Source: Candidatus Moraniibacteriota bacterium
Lineage (GTDB): Bacteria > Patescibacteriota > Minisyncoccia > Moranbacterales > GWC2-37-73
Assembly: GCA_003507445.1 (NCBI GenBank)
Contig: DNVR01000019.1
Coordinates: 206,132 to 270,131 of the forward strand
Length of the DNA: 64,000 bases
Reading direction: 5' to 3'
Position numbers and translations under genes: made by a program. Shown here piece by piece: positions 37,870-46,103 of this stretch. The stretch's first letter is position 1. Each line of letters opens with the position of its first letter. The notes beneath the pieces are model-generated. The model saw nothing but the letters and a program-made list of their open reading frames with translations, did no database searches and was not told the origin of the DNA.

Positions 37870-37879
37870 TTTTTTTATT

Positions 37880-38305
37880 ATGAAAACAAAGAAAGAAAAA
37901 AAGTTATCAGAAGAGTTTGTGAAAAACTCTGTTATTAAATATCTCTCCTCTAACGGCTGGGGTCATTTTAAATTTGGTGGATTAAGAGAGCATGGTGTTG
38001 ATATAAAAGCAAAAAAACAAAATTATGATCGGTATTTTCTTATTGAGGCAAAAGGCGAAGGAAGTCGTAGGGAAATGAATGAAAATTATTTTGTTTATTC
38101 ATTAGGGCAAATAATAACTCGTATGACTTCTGGCGGAACAACAAGAAATTATTATGGACTTGCACTTCCGGATTCAATAGCAAAAATTGCGCTTAGGCGC
38201 ATTCCATGGCAAGTAGCAAAAAAGTTGCTGCTGTATGTTTTTTCTGTTGATTCAAAAGGACAAGTGAAACAAAATTCTTGGCAGGATATAAAAAACAAAA
38301 AATAA
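37880..38305 (+). CDS. PD-(D/E)xK nuclease-like hypothetical protein
   Basis: 141 aa from MKTKKEKK; HGVDIKAK...YFLIEAKGEG fits D...ExK core. Confidence 0.4.
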   Translation: MKTKKEKKLSEEFVKNSVIKYLSSNGWGHFKFGGLREHGVDIKAKKQNYDRYFLIEAKGEGSRREMNENYFVYSLGQIITRMTSGGTTRNYYGLALPDSIAKIALRRIPWQVAKKLLLYVFSVDSKGQVKQNSWQDIKNKK

Positions 38306-38308
38306 TTT

Positions 38309-38330
38309 GCTACGTAACATGCTACGTAAC
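38309..38330. repeat. tandem TACGTA palindrome element (gctacgtaac-at-gctacgtaac)
   Basis: same family; 60 nt upstream of AbrB-like gene. Confidence 0.7.
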
Positions 38331-38357
38331 AAAATAAAAAATAAAAATTAATCTAGA

Positions 38358-38378
38358 TTCCGGATTTGCTGTCCGGAA
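38358..38378. promoter_or_regulatory. candidate operator: perfect inverted repeat TTCCGGA-N7-TCCGGAA
   Basis: 13 nt upstream of the AbrB/MazE-like ORF start; typical autoregulatory operator geometry. Confidence 0.4.
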
Positions 38379-38390
38379 TGATAAAGAAGT

Positions 38391-38555
38391 ATGAAAAAGA
38401 AAGAAGAACTTGTTCGCAAAGTGACTGGAGTTGGGAAGCGAAGCCTCTCAATCGTCATCCCATCCGAAATCGTCGCCGAACTCGGGATTAAAGAACGCCA
38501 AAAAATGACCTTCAAAATCGACCGCAAGAAAATAATTATAAGTGATTGGAAATAA
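38391..38555 (+). CDS. AbrB/MazE/SpoVT-family small DNA-binding protein (antitoxin-like)
   Basis: 54 aa, not in ORF track; KRSLSIVIPSEIVAELGIKERQKMTF matches swapped-hairpin AbrB/MazE domain. Confidence 0.55.
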   Translation: MKKKEELVRKVTGVGKRSLSIVIPSEIVAELGIKERQKMTFKIDRKKIIISDWK

Positions 38556-38567
38556 TTCTATTTATAT

Positions 38568-39995
38568 ATGCGTGAAAAACACATAACACAGGAATCATCA
38601 AAATTGCAAAATTCTAATTTATCTGGGATAAAATTTGAAAACGATCAAACTTATTCCAAGAGCATTTCGCAAGAGTTGGCTGAAATGAGGATACAACAAG
38701 AAAAAAAAGATATTGACGAAATAGATAAAATTATGGGATTTTTTCGTGTACCTGAAAGAAATAATGAAGTACATGTTTTTGATGCTGGCGAAAAATTTGA
38801 TCCATATTCTGAAATTGATAAAATTAGGGTTGGAAGTAAAAAAGAAAAAAGACATAATCTGGAAATATATAAGAAGAAATTAATATTTCAGCGTAAGGGG
38901 ATTACTGAAATGCAAACTCATTTGTACGAGTTAATGCAAAAGAAAGAGACAATGACGGTTGAAATGCTTAAGCAATCCATTGCCGACCTTGAAGATAAAT
39001 ATGCATTATGCGATGAGCAAAGACGTATTTTTGATTCTGCAATAAAAATATATGCCGAAAGACATAATGGTATAGTTGAAAATACTCGAGATTGCATTGA
39101 TGAAGAAGGGAACATTGATGGAAAAAAATTATATGAGAAAATTTTTGGTAGACAACCTTATGGGGATGTTAATGTTGAAATATTGCCAATTACTATATAT
39201 CTAAGAACTTTTGATTTTGAAGATTATGCGTATGTTCATTCAAATGCATATAAAAACAAAAGAGAAATTGATGATGATGAATTTAAAAATGCTAGTATGT
39301 CAGGAGGAGTAAAATTGTGGAACTCTGGATTTTCTGGTCTGGAAAGCGTTGTAACACTTCAAAACGCTAATAATGTCGTTAAAAGAATGTTTAAGAGTAT
39401 TTCTGATGAAACACGTGATCATGAAGATCAGCATAATTTTAATGATCTTATCGATGAAGCGTTTATAAATAACGGTAGCGCATCATCTCCTATTGGCGAA
39501 AACGAGGAAATATTACGGGATGTGGATGAAAAAGAAAAAAAGAAACAAGACGCTGAAAGTCGTGACATAGGCATTGAAATGATGATAGGGGATGAGATGT
39601 GCGCATTTTTTAAAACCGGTAATTCAGCTCAATATATTCATGACGCAATATTAAAAAAAGATACTATATATGAATATGGGAAGAATTATAGAAAAGAAAA
39701 AAGGAAACATGGAGAGCAATTTTCTCAAAATTACAAAGACCTTGTTGATGGAGGAATTGTTGCTATGTTTGATTTACTCGATCATGGTTATTCGCGAAAA
39801 GAGGTTATAGCCTTGCTATTTTTTGATCTTCCTTCACAGTGGGGAAAAGTTGTTTCTAGAGTTTTGGAAAGAAGAAAAACAACAACAGAAGAAAAACAAG
39901 ATAGAAAAAAAATTGTGAATATTATTGATAGAATCAGTAGACATATTACTGGGAAGTTTAGTGATATCTATGATTTTTTTAGGGTAAGATTATAA
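38568..39995 (+). CDS. hypothetical 475-aa protein, candidate effector paired with AbrB/MazE-like gene
   Basis: starts 13 nt after the AbrB-like stop; charged, Lys/Glu-rich; no recognisable catalytic motif. Confidence 0.5.
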   Translation: MREKHITQESSKLQNSNLSGIKFENDQTYSKSISQELAEMRIQQEKKDIDEIDKIMGFFRVPERNNEVHVFDAGEKFDPYSEIDKIRVGSKKEKRHNLEIYKKKLIFQRKGITEMQTHLYELMQKKETMTVEMLKQSIADLEDKYALCDEQRRIFDSAIKIYAERHNGIVENTRDCIDEEGNIDGKKLYEKIFGRQPYGDVNVEILPITIYLRTFDFEDYAYVHSNAYKNKREIDDDEFKNASMSGGVKLWNSGFSGLESVVTLQNANNVVKRMFKSISDETRDHEDQHNFNDLIDEAFINNGSASSPIGENEEILRDVDEKEKKKQDAESRDIGIEMMIGDEMCAFFKTGNSAQYIHDAILKKDTIYEYGKNYRKEKRKHGEQFSQNYKDLVDGGIVAMFDLLDHGYSRKEVIALLFFDLPSQWGKVVSRVLERRKTTTEEKQDRKKIVNIIDRISRHITGKFSDIYDFFRVRL

Positions 39996-40030
39996 AATAA
40001 TATGGGTATTGAAAAAATAATGATTTCAGA

Positions 40031-40453
40031 TTGGAAATAAAAAATATGAGAATTGTGGTTAGGGCTATAATTAAAAATGACGATTCACTGTTGGTAATTA
40101 AGAGAATTAAAAATGGGAAAACATATTTTGTTTTTCCTGGCGGCGGGGTTGATGATGGAGAAAGTCATCCCATTGCACTAAAAAGAGAATGCAAAGAAGA
40201 ATTGGGCCTAGATGTTTCAGTATTGGAATTTATGTATGATTTTGATTTTATCAAAAAGGATAATGAGCCACAGAAAGAATATTTTTATCAATGCGATATA
40301 TTAGGAGGAAAACTCGGAAGTGGTGAAGGAGAAGAATATAGCCCAGACCGCAATAGTGGAATTTATGAGCCAATGTGGATAAAGTTAGAGGAACTTTCAG
40401 ATTTGGATTTGAGACCAATCGAAATAAAAAATAAATTAATAGCTGAATTATAA
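40031..40453 (+). CDS. NUDIX hydrolase
   Basis: Nudix box GGGVDDGESHPIALKRECKEELGL; likely true start ATG 40046 (MRIVV). Confidence 0.75.
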   Translation: MEIKNMRIVVRAIIKNDDSLLVIKRIKNGKTYFVFPGGGVDDGESHPIALKRECKEELGLDVSVLEFMYDFDFIKKDNEPQKEYFYQCDILGGKLGSGEGEEYSPDRNSGIYEPMWIKLEELSDLDLRPIEIKNKLIAEL

Positions 40454-40456
40454 TTA

Positions 40457-40478
40457 GCTACGTAACATGTTACGTAGC
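40457..40478. repeat. tandem TACGTA palindrome element (gctacgtaac-at-gttacgtagc)
   Basis: same family. Confidence 0.7.
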
Positions 40479-40533
40479 ACTCCAGAGAAATAGAAGAGAT
40501 TTTACGGGGTAAAAAATAACCAATCAAACATAG

Positions 40534-40564
40534 CATTCACTCAACGTCGGCCGTGGAAGAGTGA
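40534..40564. repeat. GC-rich 31-bp repeat CATTCACTCAACGTCGGCCGTGGAAGAGTGA (copy 2)
   Basis: upstream flank of PaaX-like gene. Confidence 0.6.
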
Positions 40565-40622
40565 TGTAAGGTGGGATATTATTAAGATGGAGATCTTTAT
40601 TTTTTTATAGTATAATCGTGGT

Positions 40623-41210
40623 ATGTATAGGCCAGGAGTTGTTCAAAAGAAAATATTGTTGGCGCTTTTAGGTGGGGTTGCTTTGGGTGTGTCTTCATCG
40701 CCTCGACAATATTTTAGTACTTTGCGAAAATTGAAAAAAGAATGGGTAAAAATAAATCCACAGAATTTTAATCGCTCCATCAAGAGTCTTTCGAAGGAAA
40801 AACTTATAAGCGAGATCGAGCTTCCTGATGGTTCTTTTAAATTGACCTTAACTGAAAAAGGCAAGAAGCAGGCTCGCGTGCTGAATATCTTCGGAAAGTC
40901 GATAGATTTCAAGAAGCCGAAGAAATGGGATGGCAAGTGGCGAGTTGTTATGTTTGATATCCCTGAAAAAGATAGACTTTTTCGCGACGTGCTCAGAAAT
41001 CACTTGAAGGATTTGAAATTTAGGAAATTGCAGCACAGCGTTTTTGTTTCACCTTATCCTTTCGAGAAACCTATCTTGGAATTGGTCGCTCTGTATTCGG
41101 CGGAAAAATTTGTCAGAGTCATAACTGCACAGAAATTGGATAATGGTAAATATCTCGAAAAAATGTTTTTCAAAAAAAACAAACACTCACTCAACGTCGG
41201 CCGTGGATGA
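40623..41210 (+). CDS. PaaX-like winged-helix regulator domain protein
   Basis: 195 aa; N-terminal wHTH-like region; C-terminal WDGKWRVVMFDIPEKDRLFRDVLRNHLKDLKFRKLQHSVFV resembles the PaaX C-terminal (also Cas2-like) fold motif; last 9 codons run into repeat copy 3. Confidence 0.4.
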   Translation: MYRPGVVQKKILLALLGGVALGVSSSPRQYFSTLRKLKKEWVKINPQNFNRSIKSLSKEKLISEIELPDGSFKLTLTEKGKKQARVLNIFGKSIDFKKPKKWDGKWRVVMFDIPEKDRLFRDVLRNHLKDLKFRKLQHSVFVSPYPFEKPILELVALYSAEKFVRVITAQKLDNGKYLEKMFFKKNKHSLNVGRG

Positions 41211-41215
41211 GTGAG
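41184..41215. repeat. GC-rich 31-bp repeat CACTCACTCAACGTCGGCCGTGGATGAGTGAG (copy 3)
   Basis: downstream flank of PaaX-like gene. Confidence 0.6.
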
Positions 41216-41240
41216 TTAATAACAAATAAATAATTTCAGA

Positions 41241-41918
41241 TTGGAAATAAAAAATATGGAAAAAAGTAAGATAAAAGCAATAATATTTGATATGGATGGT
41301 GTGTTGGTTAATTCTGAACCAATACATGAAAGAGCGGAAATGGAGATTTGTCTTGAGTTTGGTATGAAGGTTTCAAAACGTGAATGGGATGGTTTTCGGG
41401 GCAAGAAGCTTGAAGACATCTTTTCATACGCCAGCAAAAAATATGGAACTGGAAATGAGCCTATTGAGGAGATGATTGAGCGTAAGATTGCTCGGTATTT
41501 GTCATTGGCACTTGCTGAAATGGATCTCGTCCCCGGTGCATATGATTTTCTGCAGAAGCTAAAAAAGAATGGAAAATATAGCTACGCGCTGACGACCTCA
41601 GGCAGGAAGGTACAGCAGGAAAAAATTCTTTCAAAATTCAAACTTGCTGATTATTTTGAAATCATGATTACTTCGGATGATGTGAAGAATGGCAAGCCTC
41701 ATCCAGAGCCATATGCAATCACAGTGCAAAAACTGAATGAGCTGCCCGAGGCATGCTTGGTTATCGAAGATTCTGATAATGGAATTTTGTCTGCCAAGGC
41801 TGCAGGATGTTTTGCTTGCGGGATCACGACGACATTTGGTCGCGAGAAATTGGAAGGTGCAGGCGCAGACATGGTAGTTTCTGATTTTTTTGAATTATCA
41901 AAAATATTATTCGATTAG
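41241..41918 (+). CDS. HAD-superfamily hydrolase (beta-phosphoglucomutase-like, subfamily IA)
   Basis: motif I IIFDMDGVL, motif III K, motif IV EDSDNG; likely true start ATG 41256. Confidence 0.8.
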   Translation: MEIKNMEKSKIKAIIFDMDGVLVNSEPIHERAEMEICLEFGMKVSKREWDGFRGKKLEDIFSYASKKYGTGNEPIEEMIERKIARYLSLALAEMDLVPGAYDFLQKLKKNGKYSYALTTSGRKVQQEKILSKFKLADYFEIMITSDDVKNGKPHPEPYAITVQKLNELPEACLVIEDSDNGILSAKAAGCFACGITTTFGREKLEGAGADMVVSDFFELSKILFD

Positions 41919-41926
41919 TATTACAT

Positions 41927-41948
41927 GCTACGTAACATGCTACGTAGC
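41927..41948. repeat. tandem TACGTA palindrome element (gctacgtaac-at-gctacgtagc)
   Basis: same family; last copy before scpB. Confidence 0.7.
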
Positions 41949-42094
41949 AACCCAATGAAATAATATTAAATTTCATGGGTTAAAAAATAAAAAGCATTTA
42001 AACAATCTCACATCCCATAGGGAATTACGTAGCTAATTACATAATTCCGAAAAAGCTGGTATACTTTCAGTAAGTAATAAAAAAATTAAAAGCT

Positions 42095-42643
42095 ATGGAA
42101 TTGGAAAAATTACAAGGGGTTATTGAAAGCATTTTGTTTGTTAGTGGGGAGCCGATTAAGAGGGCGAAGTTGGCAAAGATCGTGGGGCTTGGGGCTGAAG
42201 AAGTTGATGCTGCTTTGGCTGTGTTGAGCGAGAAATATGCTTTGGCGGGCAGCGGGCTTAGTTTGCTTGTTAAGGGCGAGGAAGTGCAATTGGTTTCTAA
42301 TCCTGAAAATGCTGAGTTTATTGAAAAATTGGTTAAAAGTGAACTTCAAGATTCGCTTTCTAATGCTGCTTTGGAAGTCGTTTCAATCATTGCATATCGC
42401 GGTCCAATTTCGAAAACTGAAATTGAGGCAATTCGAGGTGTTAATTGCGCTTATACACTCAGAAATCTGCTTTTGAGAGGGCTTATTGAGCGAAGTGACA
42501 ATCCAAATGATTCTCGAGGCTATGTTTATGCGATTACATTTGATTTTCTTAAAAAGTTGGGGATTGAATCCGTGAAAAATCTTCCAGAGTATGGTATACT
42601 TTCAGCAGATGAGAGAATTAATTCAATAATCTCAAAAGAATAA
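42095..42643 (+). CDS. scpB: segregation and condensation protein B
   Basis: 182 aa; two winged-helix repeats, ILESILFVSGEPI N-terminal motif. Confidence 0.8.
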   Translation: MELEKLQGVIESILFVSGEPIKRAKLAKIVGLGAEEVDAALAVLSEKYALAGSGLSLLVKGEEVQLVSNPENAEFIEKLVKSELQDSLSNAALEVVSIIAYRGPISKTEIEAIRGVNCAYTLRNLLLRGLIERSDNPNDSRGYVYAITFDFLKKLGIESVKNLPEYGILSADERINSIISKE

Positions 42644-43686
42644 TGGGTATAGGGGCAACCATTTTAATGATCGCATTTTTCCCGCTTAATTCCTTTTTGC
42701 TTTTTCACGAAAGTTGGGCAGGAGGAAGGCAAGTGCAGGCTGATTTTTCGACTGAAAATAAAAGTATTCAAGGATTGGCTCAGGGTGTGGAAACTGAAAA
42801 GAAACCGGAAGCGATTAAATTGTTGAAAGCGCAAGCTGTTGATGATCCACAATATCAACCTGTGCGCAAAGAAGGGGTTAGTGATCTTGTTTTGCCGAAT
42901 GCTCATGCATCGGTTGTTATTGACGGAGACACGGGAACGATTTTGCATTACAATGAAGGACGCACTCAAAGGCAAATTGCATCACTCACAAAAATAATGA
43001 CAGCTGTTTTGGTGATGGAAAATGTTAAGGATTTGAATGAAGCGGTTACTATTGATGAGGAAGCTGTTTATATTGAAGGCACAAAAATAGGTTGTCCTCG
43101 CAGCGGATATTGCATAAGCCCGCGTCTTAAGGTTGGCGAAAAAATCAGTGTTAAAAGTTTGCTTCAGGCAATGTTGATGAACAGTGCAAATGATGCGGCA
43201 CTCGCACTCGGAAAACATATTTCAGGAACAGAAGAAGAATTTGCTGATTTGATGAACAAAAAAGCCAAAGAATTGGGATTGGTGGACACAAAATTTTGCA
43301 CAGCCTCAGGACTTGATCTTGATGATGAAGAAGCTGCTGCCAAATGTTATTCTTCTGCATATGACATTGCTCGCATCGGTGCATATTCACTTCGTTATGA
43401 CACTATTTGGAAAATGTTTCGTATGCCAAACAATTCAATCGTGACTTCATTGGATGGAAAAATTGAGCACACGATTTTGAACACAGATCTTGCGCTTGAT
43501 CAGATTTCAAATGTATACGGTGGAAAAACCGGATTTACTCCAATGGCTGGGTATTCTCTCTTGATGGCTGTTTCTGATCCTAGTACAAAACATCGCATCA
43601 TTGTGGTTGTTTTGGATGACCCTCAACGTTGGCAGGATATTCGCACCGCAATTGATTGGACACTTAATTCCTACAGTTGGCGATAG
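42643..43686 (+). CDS. D-alanyl-D-alanine carboxypeptidase (peptidase S11)
   Basis: 347 aa; signal/TM; SxxK (ASLTK), SxN (SAN), KTG (GGKTGFT). Confidence 0.75.
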   Translation: MGIGATILMIAFFPLNSFLLFHESWAGGRQVQADFSTENKSIQGLAQGVETEKKPEAIKLLKAQAVDDPQYQPVRKEGVSDLVLPNAHASVVIDGDTGTILHYNEGRTQRQIASLTKIMTAVLVMENVKDLNEAVTIDEEAVYIEGTKIGCPRSGYCISPRLKVGEKISVKSLLQAMLMNSANDAALALGKHISGTEEEFADLMNKKAKELGLVDTKFCTASGLDLDDEEAAAKCYSSAYDIARIGAYSLRYDTIWKMFRMPNNSIVTSLDGKIEHTILNTDLALDQISNVYGGKTGFTPMAGYSLLMAVSDPSTKHRIIVVVLDDPQRWQDIRTAIDWTLNSYSWR

Positions 43687-43782
43687 CGCAACTAATAATA
43701 AATAACTAATAACAAACAACAAACAACTAGGATTACGAACGAAAAGTTGTGAGTTGTGAGTTGTAGGTTATAAGTTAATATT

Positions 43783-44883
43783 ATGCAATTTGCTCAAATT
43801 CAAACAATTCCGGAAGTCGTTAATGTTCTCAAGATTCTCATCACGGGACTCCTTGCTTTTTTGTTGGCTTTTGGGATCACACCTCTTTGGACGCACTTGC
43901 TTTATAAATATAAATTTGGAATTAAAATTAAAAGCAATGATGTTAGTGGTGGAAAACTGACATTTGTCAGTAAGTTGCACGCTCATAAATCAGGAACTCC
44001 CACGATGGGCGGAGTTATTATGTGGGTAACGATTATTATTTTGGTTTTTTCTTCACATTTTATTTTTCCTTGGATTGGAAAACTTTTGGATATTGATTTT
44101 ATTGCTAGACTTGATTTTTTGAGTCGTAAACAAGTTTGGCTGCCACTTTTTGCATTAGCTTCCGCTGGAATTCTTGGTCTTTTTGATGACGTGATGAGTG
44201 TTCGTGGCTGGGGAAGCAACAAGGGTGGAGGAATGCGTTTTGCAATGAGATTTGGCTGGCTGATTGTTATTGCTTTGGCTGGTGGCTGGTGGTTTTTTTA
44301 TAAACTTGGTTGGGATGTTTTGCATATTCCTGCTTTTGGGGATTTCTCAATTGGTTTTTGGTACATTCCACTTTTTGTTTTTGTGATTTTATTTTCCGCA
44401 GTGTCTTCAAATGAAACAGATGGTTTAGATGGGTTGAATGGTGGGGTACTGCTACTTGCTTTCTTTTCTTTTACAATCATTGCTTTTTTTCAAAACAAAG
44501 TTGATCTGGCTTCATTTTGCAGCGCTATGTCTGGCGTGCTGCTGGCTTTCTTGTGGTTCAATATTGCACCTGCGCGCTTTATGATGGGCGATACGGGTGC
44601 GATGGCACTTGGAACAACGCTTGGTGTTGTTGCTATGCTTACAAATTCAGCGTTGGCCCTTTTCTTTATTGTGTTTATATATGTGCTTGAATCTGGAAGT
44701 GTGGTGATTCAGCTTACTAGTAAAAAGTTTTTTCATCGTAAAGTTTTTTTGGCGGCGCCACTTCACCATCATTTTGAGGCAAAAGGTTGGCCTGAATGCA
44801 AAATTGTTATGCGTGCTTGGATTTTCACAATGATCACCGCTCTGGTGGGCGTCGTGATTGCCATTTTCGGCATGGGAAGATAA
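43783..44883 (+). CDS. mraY: phospho-N-acetylmuramoyl-pentapeptide transferase
   Basis: 366 aa; 10 TM; GLFDDVMS, NETDGLDGL, HHHFE motifs. Confidence 0.8.
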   Translation: MQFAQIQTIPEVVNVLKILITGLLAFLLAFGITPLWTHLLYKYKFGIKIKSNDVSGGKLTFVSKLHAHKSGTPTMGGVIMWVTIIILVFSSHFIFPWIGKLLDIDFIARLDFLSRKQVWLPLFALASAGILGLFDDVMSVRGWGSNKGGGMRFAMRFGWLIVIALAGGWWFFYKLGWDVLHIPAFGDFSIGFWYIPLFVFVILFSAVSSNETDGLDGLNGGVLLLAFFSFTIIAFFQNKVDLASFCSAMSGVLLAFLWFNIAPARFMMGDTGAMALGTTLGVVAMLTNSALALFFIVFIYVLESGSVVIQLTSKKFFHRKVFLAAPLHHHFEAKGWPECKIVMRAWIFTMITALVGVVIAIFGMGR

Positions 44884-44964
44884 ATTCATATAACATAAAA
44901 CATATAACATGTAACAAATAAAAACAGATAGTGAGTAGCGCATAGTATTAATTTTTTTTGCTAT

Positions 44965-46047
44965 ATGCTATATGCTATATGTTTCATGAACAACGTGAGT
45001 ATTAAAAAAATACAGGAAGGGGTTTTTTTGGATAAGAAAATTTTGGTTAGAGCAGATTTCAATGTTGCGCTTGAGGATGGAAAGATAAAGGAAAAATTCA
45101 AATTGGAAGCATGCAAAAAAACGATTGACCACCTGTCAGCTCAGAGTGGTTCTAAAGTTGCACTAATATCTCATCTTGGACGCCCAGAAGGGAAAAAGAA
45201 TCCAGAATTTTCACTTGAGCAGATTAAAGACGAACTTGAAATAATTTTGGAAAGAAAAATTGTTTTTGTGAATGATTGTGTTGGCAGTGAAGTTTCAAAA
45301 GCACTGGACGCACTTAATGTTGGCGAGATTATTCTTTTGGAAAACGTTCGTTTTTATGAGGGAGAAGAAAAAAATGATGTTGAATTTTCCAAAAAACTTG
45401 CTGAAAATTTTGATGTTTATATTAATGACGCATTTAGTGTTTGTCATCGCAATCAGGCATCGGTAACTGGAATTACTGCTCACATTGAAAGCTATGCTGG
45501 TCTTCGTCTTCAAGAAGAAATCAAAAATCTCAATCGTGTTATTCATGAACCAGAAAGTCCCGCAACTGCTATTATTGGTGGCGCCAAAATTGAAACAAAA
45601 TTGCCGCTTATAAATAATTTTGAAAAAGCATATTCGCACATTTTGGTTGGCGGAAAAATAGCCAATGAAGCAATTGATCAGAAATTGGCATTTTCGCCAA
45701 AAGTTATTTTGCCTTTTGATTTTGCCAAAGATCGTTTTGATATTGGCCCCAAGACAATCAGAAGATTTAAAGAAATTATTGCGCAATCCAAAGTTATTGT
45801 TTGGAATGGTCCGATGGGCAAATTCGAAGAGCAGCCATATGACATAGGAACGCGTGAAATTTTAGACGCAATTGTGGAGAGCGATGCTTTCACATTAATC
45901 GGCGGTGGAGAATCAGTTCAGGTTTTGGAAGAGAATAATCTTATGAACAAGATTTCTTTTGTCTCAACGGGTGGTGGTGCAATGCTAGAATATCTCAGTG
46001 GAAATCAAATGCCTGGAATTGAGGCTTTGCGCATGAAAAAGGAATAA
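44965..46047 (+). CDS. pgk: phosphoglycerate kinase
   Basis: RADFNV, SHLGRPEG, GGGA/GGGES hinge motifs; true start probably MNNVSIKK (44989). Confidence 0.85.
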   Translation: MLYAICFMNNVSIKKIQEGVFLDKKILVRADFNVALEDGKIKEKFKLEACKKTIDHLSAQSGSKVALISHLGRPEGKKNPEFSLEQIKDELEIILERKIVFVNDCVGSEVSKALDALNVGEIILLENVRFYEGEEKNDVEFSKKLAENFDVYINDAFSVCHRNQASVTGITAHIESYAGLRLQEEIKNLNRVIHEPESPATAIIGGAKIETKLPLINNFEKAYSHILVGGKIANEAIDQKLAFSPKVILPFDFAKDRFDIGPKTIRRFKEIIAQSKVIVWNGPMGKFEEQPYDIGTREILDAIVESDAFTLIGGGESVQVLEENNLMNKISFVSTGGGAMLEYLSGNQMPGIEALRMKKE

Positions 46048-46103
46048 TAATATTTTGGGAAATGATGCGACAATGTGGTATACTGAAGTAGTCGTAAGGA
46101 GTT

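Noticed and set aside
40623-41215. Possible Cas2 / CRISPR locus (Cas2-like FDIPE...QHSVFV motif, flanking repeats)
   Set aside because: No array of 28-37-bp repeats with unique spacers anywhere in the window. The flanking 31-bp repeats occur singly, and the motif is equally characteristic of PaaX-family regulators.
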